Of a stretch of 52,041 nt of DNA, positions 39,154-48,956 are shown one piece after another. Every line of letters starts with the position of its first letter. The stretch's first letter is position 1. Made by a program: the position numbers and the translations under genes. Where the stretch lies: positions 1-52,041 of IMG/VR virus record IMGVR_UViG_3300025836_000002. One strand, written 5' to 3'. Under the pieces are notes generated by a model that ran no database searches, had not been told where the DNA came from, and worked only from the letters and a program-made list of their open reading frames with translations. The stretch is from a virus. Lineage: Duplodnaviria; Caudoviricetes.

Positions 39154-39821
39154 AGCGTAAAGATATAATTTACTGTGTAATCGGTTACCGATGTTTGGCG
39201 GGCAAATGTGTAAATAGTGTAATTTTCGATTATTCCGGAATTGGTAAAATTTAAGGTAGTCTTTATGAATCCGCTTATTATTTCAAACCCGCTTTGATCT
39301 TTTACGCTTACAATATCACCCCACGATGTAGGATACGAAACACAATACCGTTTAGTGTCAATATTGTAAACAAATGACTGATTCGATTTTTCGGACGGCC
39401 TATTTTCAAGTGTTTTAATAATTGCCTCCGATGGGTTTAGGTTACTCACGAAACCAATATAAACAGATTTGCGCGTTTCAGTTGGAGTTGGAATAACTAC
39501 GTCAGGCAAAGATTCGCCGCCCGTGGGATTGCCGCCCCCGACTATTGCACCGCTTGTTCCTGATAGTACCGTTGTTGATTCAGGACTGTTTGGTAAAAAT
39601 CGTGTTGCATAAACAATATCGGCATTTTGCGAAATTTGATTTACCGCCTGATCTGCGGTTAATGTTTCATCCCAGATAAATAATTGACCGCTGGCAGGAT
39701 TTACATTAATATTGTCGATTCCGTTATCTTCGATCAACTTATTAAGCAAATCTAACGTGCCATAAGTATTCAAACAAACGTCGAATATGTTTTGATTGTC
39801 AACTGATCTATATTGTAACAT
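39150..39821 (-). CDS. Tail X/LysM-like baseplate protein with C-terminal extension
   Basis: NQNIFDVCLNTYGTLD..LIEDN. Confidence 0.6.
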   Translation of the reverse strand: MLQYRSVDNQNIFDVCLNTYGTLDLLNKLIEDNGIDNINVNPASGQLFIWDETLTADQAVNQISQNADIVYATRFLPNSPESTTVLSGTSGAIVGGGNPTGGESLPDVVIPTPTETRKSVYIGFVSNLNPSEAIIKTLENRPSEKSNQSFVYNIDTKRYCVSYPTSWGDIVSVKDQSGFEIISGFIKTTLNFTNSGIIENYTIYTFARQTSVTDYTVNYIFTL

Positions 39822-40110
39822 TGGTCTGTATTTTTAATGATCCGTTTGCGTCATAGGTAACTATTGGCCGTGCATCGTACCCATCTGACTGAAGGTTTAA
39901 CTTCATTGACCTGGCCAATTCTTGCTGAATTCCTTTTGCTTTTAAATAGGTTTTAATTCCTACGCCTTCGGTAAAGTTTTCTTTCCACCATCCCGGCGCT
40001 GAATTGATCGTATCAACAATATGCTGATCGTCTGATTCAGCCATAAAAACATCGTGATTTGAAATTACAATGTCGTTATTATCTAATAAAATATCGGTTC
40101 TAATTGCCAT
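39808..40110 (-). CDS. gp25/W-like baseplate wedge
   Basis: DILLD..DQHI..PGWWKE..GVGI; synteny. Confidence 0.65.
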   Translation of the reverse strand: MAIRTDILLDNNDIVISNHDVFMAESDDQHIVDTINSAPGWWKENFTEGVGIKTYLKAKGIQQELARSMKLNLQSDGYDARPIVTYDANGSLKIQTNVTI

Positions 40111-40645
40111 GTTTTATTTTGGGATTTTCAAGATCGTTAATTTTTGTTTTGGTCAAGGATTGCCCGGACCATGCAGCGGCGATTGTTTTTAAAGCTAATC
40201 CCCCGTCTGATGGAACAATTACCCATGAATTAAACGCATTTTTAAGGTTATTTAAATCCTTTTCCAGAGCGTTTAATTTATCAACTGTTTCTTTAATTTT
40301 TAACAGCCCGCCAAACGAACCGTCATTGAATTTAATTGTCGTTACCGCATCGATGGTTATATTTTCAAGTTCTGAATATTGGCAAACAAACGGCTCAACT
40401 AATCGCGAAAATATCACCTTAACGGTGGACCCAATAACCGGCTCAAATAATACCCCATCATCAATAACGGCCATTAATCTCACGTTTGGCAATTCATATT
40501 CGGTTTGCCCGTCAATTACTATACAGTCGCATGTACGATTTGAAACATCAACACTAACGACTTCGGCATTGCAATAGTTTACCTGATCGACCTTATGAGT
40601 ACCGACCATTTTGTTAATTGCTTCATTTATGCTTCTGTCGCTCAT
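40100..40645 (-). CDS. Baseplate spike (gpV/gp45-like)
   Basis: OB-fold VVSVD..TCDC..NVRL..PVIGSTV; terminal KIKHG. Confidence 0.75.
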   Translation of the reverse strand: MSDRSINEAINKMVGTHKVDQVNYCNAEVVSVDVSNRTCDCIVIDGQTEYELPNVRLMAVIDDGVLFEPVIGSTVKVIFSRLVEPFVCQYSELENITIDAVTTIKFNDGSFGGLLKIKETVDKLNALEKDLNNLKNAFNSWVIVPSDGGLALKTIAAAWSGQSLTKTKINDLENPKIKHGN

Positions 40646-41862
40646 ATAACTAATTTATAATCAAGTTCAATGGTCTGGCGAAGCCCATCAAAACCGCCAG
40701 AATATTCAACGCCTTTCACTTTATATAGTCCATTTCGTTCAGGTAATTTAGGATCAATGAAATTCACATTGTCGCCCATCCGGACAAATGGCAATCCAAA
40801 TGTAACAAATTTGCCCTTAAATCCGGTATAGTAAAACTTTTTTATTTCAGCTGTCGCTAAACTGATTAATTCAGTAATATTCTTTGCAAAAGGGTAGGGC
40901 AGCGTCATTCGTTCGCCTCCGGTATTTGGCGGATAATCTTCGCCTTTTTTCTTAATAAATACAGTCGGCTTATCGCTTCCACCCCTTAGTGTGACCAATA
41001 CTTCTAATCGATTGCATTTCGTTTTGGCATGACCGTCTTTTGTCATTTTCCCAGTTAGTTCCTCGACTTTATTGGATGCCACAATACTAATTACTGTATC
41101 TTCTTTTCGTTGATATTCAAGTTCGTCTGATATTATATCTTGCTGAAAAGTAAACGTGTGTGTATTCGCTTCGCCTTCGATATAAATAACGGCGCCGCAT
41201 CTTAATTCGTTGCCTTTAAAATAGCTTTCAAAATGATAATGCTTACGTAATCGGGCCAATACTTCGGCTATTGTTTCGTCGCCCGTCCTGAACTCTCCAA
41301 GCGTTGTAGATGTCAAAGAATTAACTGTGAATTGATAATTAGGATTTGCTTTATTGTAATCAACCAAAAGTATTTTTAAGATATTCTCAAGCGTTTCGGT
41401 CGCCTTAAAAGTCCGCGTTAATGCCGGGATTTGCTTTAATTTCCATGTATTATCTTCAAAATGTAATTCGATAGGTTTTTTTGATGTGACCTTTGAAATA
41501 AATCCTTGAAATAAATGGCTGTTTTTTTCCTGATTAAACGTACCTCGAAAGACTTCTTTCCCTTTATCGAAAAACTTGTATCCCCAATCCAAAGTAATTG
41601 AATCGCCACGAAGGAACAAAGGATTTGAATTTGAAAAACCGCCAATATTTACATTTGTCCCATAAAGCGAAATTAACTTATTCCCTGCGTCTCTAACGTA
41701 TAGATTTTTGGGAATTACAATCTTGCCATCATTGGTCATATCGCGCCAAGTATCGGAGCATTCCATTTCATGAACAAAATCAAAGCTGATTGTTTTTGTC
41801 CGCTGTGGAAAATCCTCTGTCGGGATTTGAACTATTGTAACCTGTGTGACTACTCTATACAT
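40642..41862 (-). CDS. Baseplate hub (gpD/gp44-like)
   Basis: FQGFISKV, FKGKFVTFGLPFV, GLYKVKGVEY..GLRQTIEL. Confidence 0.75.
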   Translation of the reverse strand: MYRVVTQVTIVQIPTEDFPQRTKTISFDFVHEMECSDTWRDMTNDGKIVIPKNLYVRDAGNKLISLYGTNVNIGGFSNSNPLFLRGDSITLDWGYKFFDKGKEVFRGTFNQEKNSHLFQGFISKVTSKKPIELHFEDNTWKLKQIPALTRTFKATETLENILKILLVDYNKANPNYQFTVNSLTSTTLGEFRTGDETIAEVLARLRKHYHFESYFKGNELRCGAVIYIEGEANTHTFTFQQDIISDELEYQRKEDTVISIVASNKVEELTGKMTKDGHAKTKCNRLEVLVTLRGGSDKPTVFIKKKGEDYPPNTGGERMTLPYPFAKNITELISLATAEIKKFYYTGFKGKFVTFGLPFVRMGDNVNFIDPKLPERNGLYKVKGVEYSGGFDGLRQTIELDYKLVI

Positions 41863-42509
41863 TACATTCCTGTTATTTTCAATTCCTGAGGCGTGTCAGA
41901 TATTGCATTTAATGAAAATGTTTGATACGAATATCCGCCCTCTTCCTGTTCTAAGTTTCTATCTTCGAAAATTACTGAATCTATATCCATTGTCTGAAGG
42001 TAAACAGAAAAAACAGGAATAGGAACAGGCGCCTTAATTAATTTCATTAATTCAGCAACTTGCTCTTCGGGATAGTGTCCATTTTTACCCGTTATAATAC
42101 CCCTAAATGATATTTGTGCATCGCCTTCCCCGATATACTCCTTTACTGTTCCGTTGCGCCCCTGAATCTCGGTTTTAACAATATTGCGCGGAAAAGAAAC
42201 AGAAACAAGAATAGCCTGAAAAGTAATCTTCGGAGTTGTTATTGATTTGCCTGTTGCGTCCGTATATTTTACCGATCCGAAAGTGACCTCAACCCAGACA
42301 TCTGTACCAAAATCAGTTTTATGCCCGTGAATGGGATTGTCCATATCGCTTGTCTGATCTATTTGTCCTACATATGGGTTATTGTCCGGTGCAAATCTTC
42401 GCGCATCCTGCTGTAATCCGGTTGCAATAATTCCTGCAGTCCTTCCGCCGATCATGCCTATTTGAGCGGCCGAAACTCGCGGTATAACAAATTCTCGTAT
42501 AGTTGTCAT
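41862..42509 (-). CDS. Tail tube initiator (DUF6046-like)
   Basis: NIVKTEIQGRNGTVKEYI..AISD. Confidence 0.7.
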   Translation of the reverse strand: MTTIREFVIPRVSAAQIGMIGGRTAGIIATGLQQDARRFAPDNNPYVGQIDQTSDMDNPIHGHKTDFGTDVWVEVTFGSVKYTDATGKSITTPKITFQAILVSVSFPRNIVKTEIQGRNGTVKEYIGEGDAQISFRGIITGKNGHYPEEQVAELMKLIKAPVPIPVFSVYLQTMDIDSVIFEDRNLEQEEGGYSYQTFSLNAISDTPQELKITGM

Positions 42510-44086
42510 TAGTGATCTGCTATAATTAATGAATCATGCGTTGCGTTTACTAATACGGCGGTAATCTTTTCTTTCAGGCTTCCGATCCCTTCTTTTACGT
42601 TGGTTGTCGAAATTGTAAATCCCTGTATTAAAGGTGCATTATAGGCAATATGGATATTGATATTCTTTGCTCCTTCAGCTTTGGTTTTTGGCATTGCACC
42701 CTCCGCACCTGGTTCGCCCTTTTTGCCTTTTGCATTCATTGCGGATGGAATCAAAGATTCATTCGCCCCTGCATTTTTTACAGCCCCCATTCCGCCGTAA
42801 ATAGTGCCAAGCCTATCTTTTGCGTCTAATGCTGCATCAACAGCCGCATTAACTCCAGACTTAACCATTGCAGGATCAAATGTAAGTACTCCCATTATTG
42901 CCTGACCTACGCCCTGAAATACTCCAGCTATTCCATTTCCGACTACTTTAGCCATTTCCCAAACCGCACTAAGCATATTTCCGAAACTTCCAAAATGATT
43001 TGTAAGTGCAATTACGCCTCCGACCAATGCGGCAACTCCTGCAATCAATATTCCAATTGGATTTGCATACATTGCACCGTTTAACGCCCATTGTGCGACT
43101 GTTAAATTACCTGTTGCGACAAATTGAGCTACCTGATAAGCTGTTTTTAAAGCAATCCATCCTGCATGTATTTTTTCAATTGCAATAATGCTTAATGTTA
43201 TGGTCTTGTATGCAGCATACGAAGCAATAACCCAAGTAATAGCATCTTTGTGATCTTTCACGAATTTGACCGATACGGCAAAAGCTGTATTTAACTTTGT
43301 TATTCCGGCTAATGCAGATTCCAAAACAGCGGTAATTAATGGCTTTGCCTCAATGTATATATTATTCATGAATTGGAAAAGCGAATCTCCGACGTTTGAA
43401 AGTACGACACTTGTATTTTTAGCCATATTTTCAAGTCCGTGATAATAAATACCACCTTCGGCATGAGCAACTTTTAATGCTTTTGTGATTTGCTGATAAG
43501 TTATTCTTTGCCCTTCGCCCGTCTTTATTCCTGCCTCATTTAACGCTTTGTAGATATTAACCCCTGCATATGCAAATTGCTTAATATCTAATGCAGACGC
43601 AAAGCCCACGTTCTTTATTTGCTGTAAATTTACAACCATTCGCGTAAGTTCATCATTTCCTCCGCCGGTTGCACTTATTGCATTAGCTAAATTATATACT
43701 GCCTCCCTTGCCCCTTCGGCTGTTTCATCTGCTGAAATTAACGCTTTGTTCGCTGCTAAAAGTCCTTTAAATTCAAATGGTGTAGCCATAGCATCGATCA
43801 TCACGTTTTTTATAACCTGAGTTGCGGCGGATGAACTTTTTAACAGTGTAGTTAGACCGGTTGTTGCATCTTCCACAACTGATCCGGCTGTAACTACATT
43901 TTTGATAAACATTGCAACTCCGGCAACTCCAAACGCTATACCCATAGCAGAACCAAGTGACAATGCGGCCCCTCTGGCCGTTCCCATTGCACCGGTCAAC
44001 TGATTAGTCGCTGAGGTTGCAGAATTGACTTGAGGTGTAAGATTACCCCTTAAATTTAAAATATATTCGACTAAAGTACTACTCAT
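42509..44086 (-). CDS. Tape measure protein
   Basis: ATPFE, NLQQIK, AQWALNGAMYANPIG; Ala/Gly-rich; follows the chaperone. Confidence 0.88.
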   Translation of the reverse strand: MSSTLVEYILNLRGNLTPQVNSATSATNQLTGAMGTARGAALSLGSAMGIAFGVAGVAMFIKNVVTAGSVVEDATTGLTTLLKSSSAATQVIKNVMIDAMATPFEFKGLLAANKALISADETAEGAREAVYNLANAISATGGGNDELTRMVVNLQQIKNVGFASALDIKQFAYAGVNIYKALNEAGIKTGEGQRITYQQITKALKVAHAEGGIYYHGLENMAKNTSVVLSNVGDSLFQFMNNIYIEAKPLITAVLESALAGITKLNTAFAVSVKFVKDHKDAITWVIASYAAYKTITLSIIAIEKIHAGWIALKTAYQVAQFVATGNLTVAQWALNGAMYANPIGILIAGVAALVGGVIALTNHFGSFGNMLSAVWEMAKVVGNGIAGVFQGVGQAIMGVLTFDPAMVKSGVNAAVDAALDAKDRLGTIYGGMGAVKNAGANESLIPSAMNAKGKKGEPGAEGAMPKTKAEGAKNINIHIAYNAPLIQGFTISTTNVKEGIGSLKEKITAVLVNATHDSLIIADH

Positions 44087-44271
44087 TTAAATTGGACTTG
44101 ATGAACGGTTTCTAAATAGTATTTTGTTTGCCCCCATAGTTTATAAAACTCATTGGCCTTTTCTTCGTCTGTCCCTGATAGCTTGTCGGTGTCAACAAAA
44201 AGGCAGCCCCGAATAAGAGCTGCCATTCGTGCGGTTGGCGCACTCGAATTGTCGATTTTGCTATCAGCTAT
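44083..44271 (-). CDS. -1 frameshift extension of the tail assembly chaperone
   Basis: -1 frame open IADSKIDN...VHQVQFK*; stop overlaps the tape measure ATG. Confidence 0.7.
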   Translation of the reverse strand: MADSKIDNSSAPTARMAALIRGCLFVDTDKLSGTDEEKANEFYKLWGQTKYYLETVHQVQFK

Positions 44272-44654
44272 TTTTTTTTAAACGAACTTTCGATAACCTC
44301 GCCCAGTCCGATGCAAATACGACACATTCCTATTTTGTACGGTGTGCAGTCCGATGAACTTTCGTATGTCTTCGAATCGGATTCCTCACGAAGCGTTAAT
44401 GTTTCTCGCATTTCGTCGGCTGCAATCCATGTGCCTGAACCTGTAATTTTATCCATGAAACACAACGTTTGAATATAGTTAGGTTCTTTGATGTAGCCTA
44501 CTATTCGATCATTTGTTTCGGGATCAATACCAACGTAAACATGAACCTTAACAATTCCGTATTTCTTTGCTAATTCTGCGGCTTTTGCTTCAAATTCAGC
44601 GTTTTCTTTGTCTGTTAATTGTGTGATTTCCATATTATCGGGTAATTTGAGCAA
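44268..44654 (-). CDS. Tail assembly chaperone
   Basis: Between tube and tape measure; ends in slippery TTT AAA AAA AAA TAG. Confidence 0.75.
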   Translation of the reverse strand: MLKLPDNMEITQLTDKENAEFEAKAAELAKKYGIVKVHVYVGIDPETNDRIVGYIKEPNYIQTLCFMDKITGSGTWIAADEMRETLTLREESDSKTYESSSDCTPYKIGMCRICIGLGEVIESSFKKK

Positions 44655-45048
44655 TAATTAAAGGAATTTTAACAGTCAATTTTGTATCGCCTTCTTTTGC
44701 ATTAAAGGGATCTTCAAGGAATTCGCACGCCCTGAGAGTATCCTTTGTTGCGTCTGCTACCGAATTGCCATAAACAACAGGAATATCAAACCATCCGATA
44801 GCCAAGGGATCTCTATTTGGAGCGGCTGCAATTACTTTTTTCCATTCGTCCAAATAAATCTCAATTGAGCCGTCGTACTCTTTCCGACCATATCCGCGGC
44901 TTACTGGTTCTGGCCCGGCACCGTAATTGTTGGTTTTCGACTGCTTTCTGTTGAATTCAATCGAAGTGATACCAGACACCGGGACGCCGAACAAAACGAA
45001 GTTTACACTCGACCATGAATACGAAATTCCATTAATTAGTGGGGTCAT
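44635..45048 (-). CDS. Tail tube protein
   Basis: INGISYSWS..GITSIEF..YGAGPEPVSRGYG..GSIEIY. Confidence 0.82.
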   Translation of the reverse strand: MTPLINGISYSWSSVNFVLFGVPVSGITSIEFNRKQSKTNNYGAGPEPVSRGYGRKEYDGSIEIYLDEWKKVIAAAPNRDPLAIGWFDIPVVYGNSVADATKDTLRACEFLEDPFNAKEGDTKLTVKIPLIIAQITR

Positions 45049-45734
45049 AATATATTGATTTTTAATTTATTAACCATTTTTGTATTTTTCATCTTATCTT
45101 TTGATTCTTGCGTCCATACTCTTTTTTTATTTGCCTCTGACACTGCTTTTCTCATTGATTCAGAATTAATTCTTCCCATATTGGATTGCCCTATTTTAAA
45201 TTTATGCTCATCTGTAAATATTCTACCCTTACCTGCAATGCTTAACTTTAGGCGGTGTCCGTCGGTGCAAACAGTTCCTTTTTTGGATTCGCTATTCTTC
45301 CTTTTAGATTCATCACTCCAAATACGGTTTTTATTTCTTTCTGAAAGAGCAGCCCTAAATGCTTCGTCATGTATTGGCTTTCCTTTTCTCCTTTCACTAT
45401 GATTCCTTTTAGTTTCTTCGCTATGATTAACTCCTAAAGGACTTCCAGCGGTAGGCGAACCATTAAACCACGGTTTTAATGAATCAATATAAAACTGCTC
45501 TCTTTCAATAAGCAAAGAACTGCATTCCACCTTTTCAATAACTTCAAACTTAAGGCAATCAATTCCATGTTTGTCGTAAACATTTTGCATTTTACGACTG
45601 CAATGTATTCCCTTTTTTAAAGCCAACAAATGAGCATTTTTTCTTTTCCTAAAATCAACAGAGCTACCTATGTATATTCTGTCTTTGTGGTCTGATATTT
45701 TGTATATTACGTTTTTCATACTGTAAATATACAA
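45045..45734 (-). CDS. GIY-YIG homing endonuclease with NUMOD3-like repeats
   Basis: VIYKI..IYIGSS..R..H, EREQFYID, HSEETK repeats; probable start MKNVIY. Confidence 0.9.
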   Translation of the reverse strand: MYIYSMKNVIYKISDHKDRIYIGSSVDFRKRKNAHLLALKKGIHCSRKMQNVYDKHGIDCLKFEVIEKVECSSLLIEREQFYIDSLKPWFNGSPTAGSPLGVNHSEETKRNHSERRKGKPIHDEAFRAALSERNKNRIWSDESKRKNSESKKGTVCTDGHRLKLSIAGKGRIFTDEHKFKIGQSNMGRINSESMRKAVSEANKKRVWTQESKDKMKNTKMVNKLKINIL

Positions 45735-45768
45735 AAAATACTCAATGGTGTTACTTATTAATGGTATT

Positions 45769-47295
45769 TTATTTAAAAGATATTGGAATTGAAATGTTGC
45801 GAGCTATTCCGTTTTCATTCAGTAAAATATTGACTACTAACGTACTCGTTAAAGAAACGTTTTGTGTTGGATCAATATAAACATCGCCTTCTGAAACTTC
45901 GCCCAAATCCTGATCACGTGCCATTTGATAAAGCGGTTGAATTGCCTGTGATTCAAGAAATGCAATTGTAGTATCTGCCAACGTTCCGTCTGCATTCTTC
46001 AATAGCTTACTTTTCAGGTAAGGAATTAAAGCGGAATAAACGCCGCGAATAGCCTTGTCGATTACCCTATTGTCATTTATATAAGCGTAATCCGAAGCGG
46101 TTGTAATAGCGGTGTGATTGTCATTAAAGAACGTTCCTGCGTAGCCTACATACTGTTGACCAAAAATATGACGTTTGTCATTAATCGCGTCAAGTGCTGA
46201 ATCCGATAAAGCGGGATCGCTTAAGAGCTGACCATTTGCAAATCCCGGAATGTCATTTTCTGTGCCATTCGATAAATTGAATTTTGCAGGCTCTCCAAAA
46301 TCTTCGCTTACTGCACTTAGCGATAACATACCTAATGCGATACCTAATTGAGTAACAGATTTCCCGGTAATCAAAAATAAATAATTACCTAACGCTGCAC
46401 CATCCTGACCAATAATTGAACTTGCTTTATTTGCTGTCAACGTGGTTAAGTCTGCAACCGTTGTAATATCGGTTACAGCTTTCATATCGGCTGCATAAAG
46501 TGCGCTTAGTGGTTTATGTCTTGCATCATTCATTGTTTTAATCACCGTATCAATGGCAGTTAAATCACCTGAAGCGTAAGCGGCTGAATCCTTGAAAATA
46601 CCTACCTGTCGAATTGTTCCGGCTGCAAATGTTTGCATTGCTGTAATTTCGGCGAAAGTATAAGGCGAAGGAACCGGAAAGAATCCAACGTAAAGTGAAC
46701 TGTTCGGATTGCCTCTGAAATACTCAGCGATATGGTAATGCCATACGGCTTGTTTTGAAGCAACTCCACCTGTGAATTGAGTAATAGTTCCGGCCATTGT
46801 CGCGCCCGCGCTTAATGTTGCGGAAAGTGGTGTTCCTGAGTTAAGGAATATTCCAAGTCCGGCGCGTGAAGTAATTGCAACTGATCCGGCTGTATTGATA
46901 GCGGTATATCCGTGTACTTTAGTACCTGCGTTAATTGCGGCGGTCAAGCCATCGCCAACTAATGAAACAGTTGAATCCGTTGACAATTTAGCGTATGACC
47001 CCAGAGTAATAATAACGCCTCGCGGCTCTGTTACTTGCAGCGTGATTACATCACCTGTCGTTCCGGCGGTTGTTATAAGATATATCCCTGCTGCTTTTGT
47101 GCCATCTGAATAATCGGATTTAATACCGGCATTTTCAGCATCAACAATAGAAAACATCTGTTTAATATTCGCCGTGGTTGTAAATCCTGAAGGTAACGTG
47201 GCAGTGTAAAGAATAAGGCCGGATATATAATCCTGTCCGGCGCCTACTCTTTTACTTTGTCCTTGACCTTTGATGAATGTTATATCTGGCCTCAT
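45769..47295 (-). CDS. Tail sheath protein (DUF2586-like)
   Basis: HYHIAEYFR, IRQVGIF, DYAYINDNRVIDKAIR, IDPTQNV. Confidence 0.85.
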   Translation of the reverse strand: MRPDITFIKGQGQSKRVGAGQDYISGLILYTATLPSGFTTTANIKQMFSIVDAENAGIKSDYSDGTKAAGIYLITTAGTTGDVITLQVTEPRGVIITLGSYAKLSTDSTVSLVGDGLTAAINAGTKVHGYTAINTAGSVAITSRAGLGIFLNSGTPLSATLSAGATMAGTITQFTGGVASKQAVWHYHIAEYFRGNPNSSLYVGFFPVPSPYTFAEITAMQTFAAGTIRQVGIFKDSAAYASGDLTAIDTVIKTMNDARHKPLSALYAADMKAVTDITTVADLTTLTANKASSIIGQDGAALGNYLFLITGKSVTQLGIALGMLSLSAVSEDFGEPAKFNLSNGTENDIPGFANGQLLSDPALSDSALDAINDKRHIFGQQYVGYAGTFFNDNHTAITTASDYAYINDNRVIDKAIRGVYSALIPYLKSKLLKNADGTLADTTIAFLESQAIQPLYQMARDQDLGEVSEGDVYIDPTQNVSLTSTLVVNILLNENGIARNISIPISFK

Positions 47296-47493
47296 TTATG
47301 ATTTTTTTGGACGTCCCGAAGAACGCGGTTTTATTTCTTTGTCTTCCTGATATTCGCTAACTGAAAGGTCGTCATTCCGGATAATGTGTTCGCCTCCGTT
47401 GGCAGGGTGTAAATGAAACTCTCCATCGCTTGTTACCCATATTTCGGTAACATGTGGAAGGGCTTCAAATACTTGTTTATACCTCTCTAACAT
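47296..47493 (-). CDS. Hypothetical protein
   Basis: VTSDGEF motif; between head and sheath genes. Confidence 0.55.
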   Translation of the reverse strand: MLERYKQVFEALPHVTEIWVTSDGEFHLHPANGGEHIIRNDDLSVSEYQEDKEIKPRSSGRPKKS

Positions 47494-47496
47494 AGC

Positions 47497-47871
47497 TTAT
47501 GCAGTTACCGTTCTATCGGTTTCGCACCATGCAGCGCCATTGAACATGAATTGCATATTAGCTGTTTTACCTGCTAAAACTGTAAGCGTTCCGGTCGACA
47601 ATACGCCGGTAGTAAAAGTAACAATACGATCAGCAGCAGCAGTGAACATCATTATGACTACATCGCCTACAAACGGAGCGGTAGAAGATGTACCTACACC
47701 CATAGTCACGGTCAATGCGCCGGTTAATGCTGCAAAATTTACCAATGTTTTGCTCTTGGATGGATTCAGTGCAATTGTAGCGGCATATGCTGGGGTTAAA
47801 TACTCATTGGTTCTAATCCTATCTGTGTTGTCTGCCGATGGGGTATTCGGGAATCTTGAAATTGTACTCAT
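47497..47871 (-). CDS. Putative head decoration/structural protein
   Basis: Thr/Ala-rich beta protein directly after the capsid gene. Confidence 0.5.
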   Translation of the reverse strand: MSTISRFPNTPSADNTDRIRTNEYLTPAYAATIALNPSKSKTLVNFAALTGALTVTMGVGTSSTAPFVGDVVIMMFTAAADRIVTFTTGVLSTGTLTVLAGKTANMQFMFNGAAWCETDRTVTA

Positions 47872-47887
47872 TTTGAATATTGTTTTA

Positions 47888-47911
47888 AGGGGGTGGAATT
47901 AACCGCCCCCT
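47888..47911 (-). terminator. GC-rich hairpin after the capsid gene (weak terminator or mRNA stabiliser)
   Basis: AGGGGGCGG/CCACCCCCT stem, poor U-tail. Confidence 0.5.
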
Positions 47912-47920
47912 GTATTTTAA

Positions 47921-48931
47921 TTATGCGTTAAAAGAACCGGATGTCAATGTGGTGAACATGAAAATCTGATCGCTGAATCCGTATTGTACTGCAAACTTCA
48001 TCAATCCCTTTAAGAAGAAAAGTTCTGAATTGGCCTGTAATCTTTGGAGTTGAAGGTTGTTGTCTTCCGTACTATTCATTCCAATATAAAGGTTAGAACT
48101 TACATCGTCAAGACCTTCGCAAAATAGAATAGTATCGTCTGCCATACCTGCAAGAGCTACAATCTCATAACCTTTAAACTTATTAATACCGCGTTCGGTT
48201 GTATTTACGCCCTTGTAAGTTAAAGTGGTAGTAAGATATGTTTCGTAAATCTGTTCGGTGTTAATCGAAACAAAAAACTTCATTCTCTCATACCTTTTAG
48301 CCCTACTTAAAAGTGCTTTTTTGTTTGTTGCAGCAAGTGCGATAAGAGCGTTAAAGGCATCAACGATATTATACAATGATCCGGCAGTTGCGGCGGTAGT
48401 CAATGGATAAGGCGAAGAAACTTTAAGAACGGCTGAATCATTTACCATCAATTTCAGGAACCCGTCAAAGAAACAAATCTGACCATTACCAGCCGAACCA
48501 GGTGCAGCGGTGTAGGTTGTTGAACCCTGCCATAAACCAAGTTCAATCTGCTCGAATGTTCTTTCGAGAGCGATTTGAATCATGTAGTTTTCAGCAGTTA
48601 CTGGAAGTTCACGCGCCAAAAGAGTTGGACTTAATTGTTCTGCCAACCAATGAGCCTCATAATCACGTGGATTAAATTCAGTATAAACCATAACGTCAGC
48701 AGGCGTCAATGTTCTGCCCGAAACCGTGAATGTACCTGATCCGGTTGGAGTGGCTGCACGTGGTTGCAATGGATTTGAAAAGTCAATTCTGCCGATGGTG
48801 TGTGCTTTCTTAATGCCGTCCTGAACATAGACGCCCCCTTTTTGAAGAGTATCCATTCCGAAGGTTGCCGGTAACCAGAAATATGATGCAAACGTACCGG
48901 CGTATGATGTATCTGTAATGTTTAATGCCAT
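47921..48931 (-). CDS. Major capsid protein
   Basis: Follows the protease; TSYAG, EFNPRDYE, WQG, FDGFLK; biased codon usage; strong hairpin downstream. Confidence 0.8.
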   Translation of the reverse strand: MALNITDTSYAGTFASYFWLPATFGMDTLQKGGVYVQDGIKKAHTIGRIDFSNPLQPRAATPTGSGTFTVSGRTLTPADVMVYTEFNPRDYEAHWLAEQLSPTLLARELPVTAENYMIQIALERTFEQIELGLWQGSTTYTAAPGSAGNGQICFFDGFLKLMVNDSAVLKVSSPYPLTTAATAGSLYNIVDAFNALIALAATNKKALLSRAKRYERMKFFVSINTEQIYETYLTTTLTYKGVNTTERGINKFKGYEIVALAGMADDTILFCEGLDDVSSNLYIGMNSTEDNNLQLQRLQANSELFFLKGLMKFAVQYGFSDQIFMFTTLTSGSFNA

Positions 48932-48956
48932 TTTGTTTTATTATTAGAATTTAAGA

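Noticed and set aside
45045-45768. Group I intron around the GIY-YIG gene
   Set aside because: Sheath and tube ORFs are each intact and the flanks are too short for an intron core
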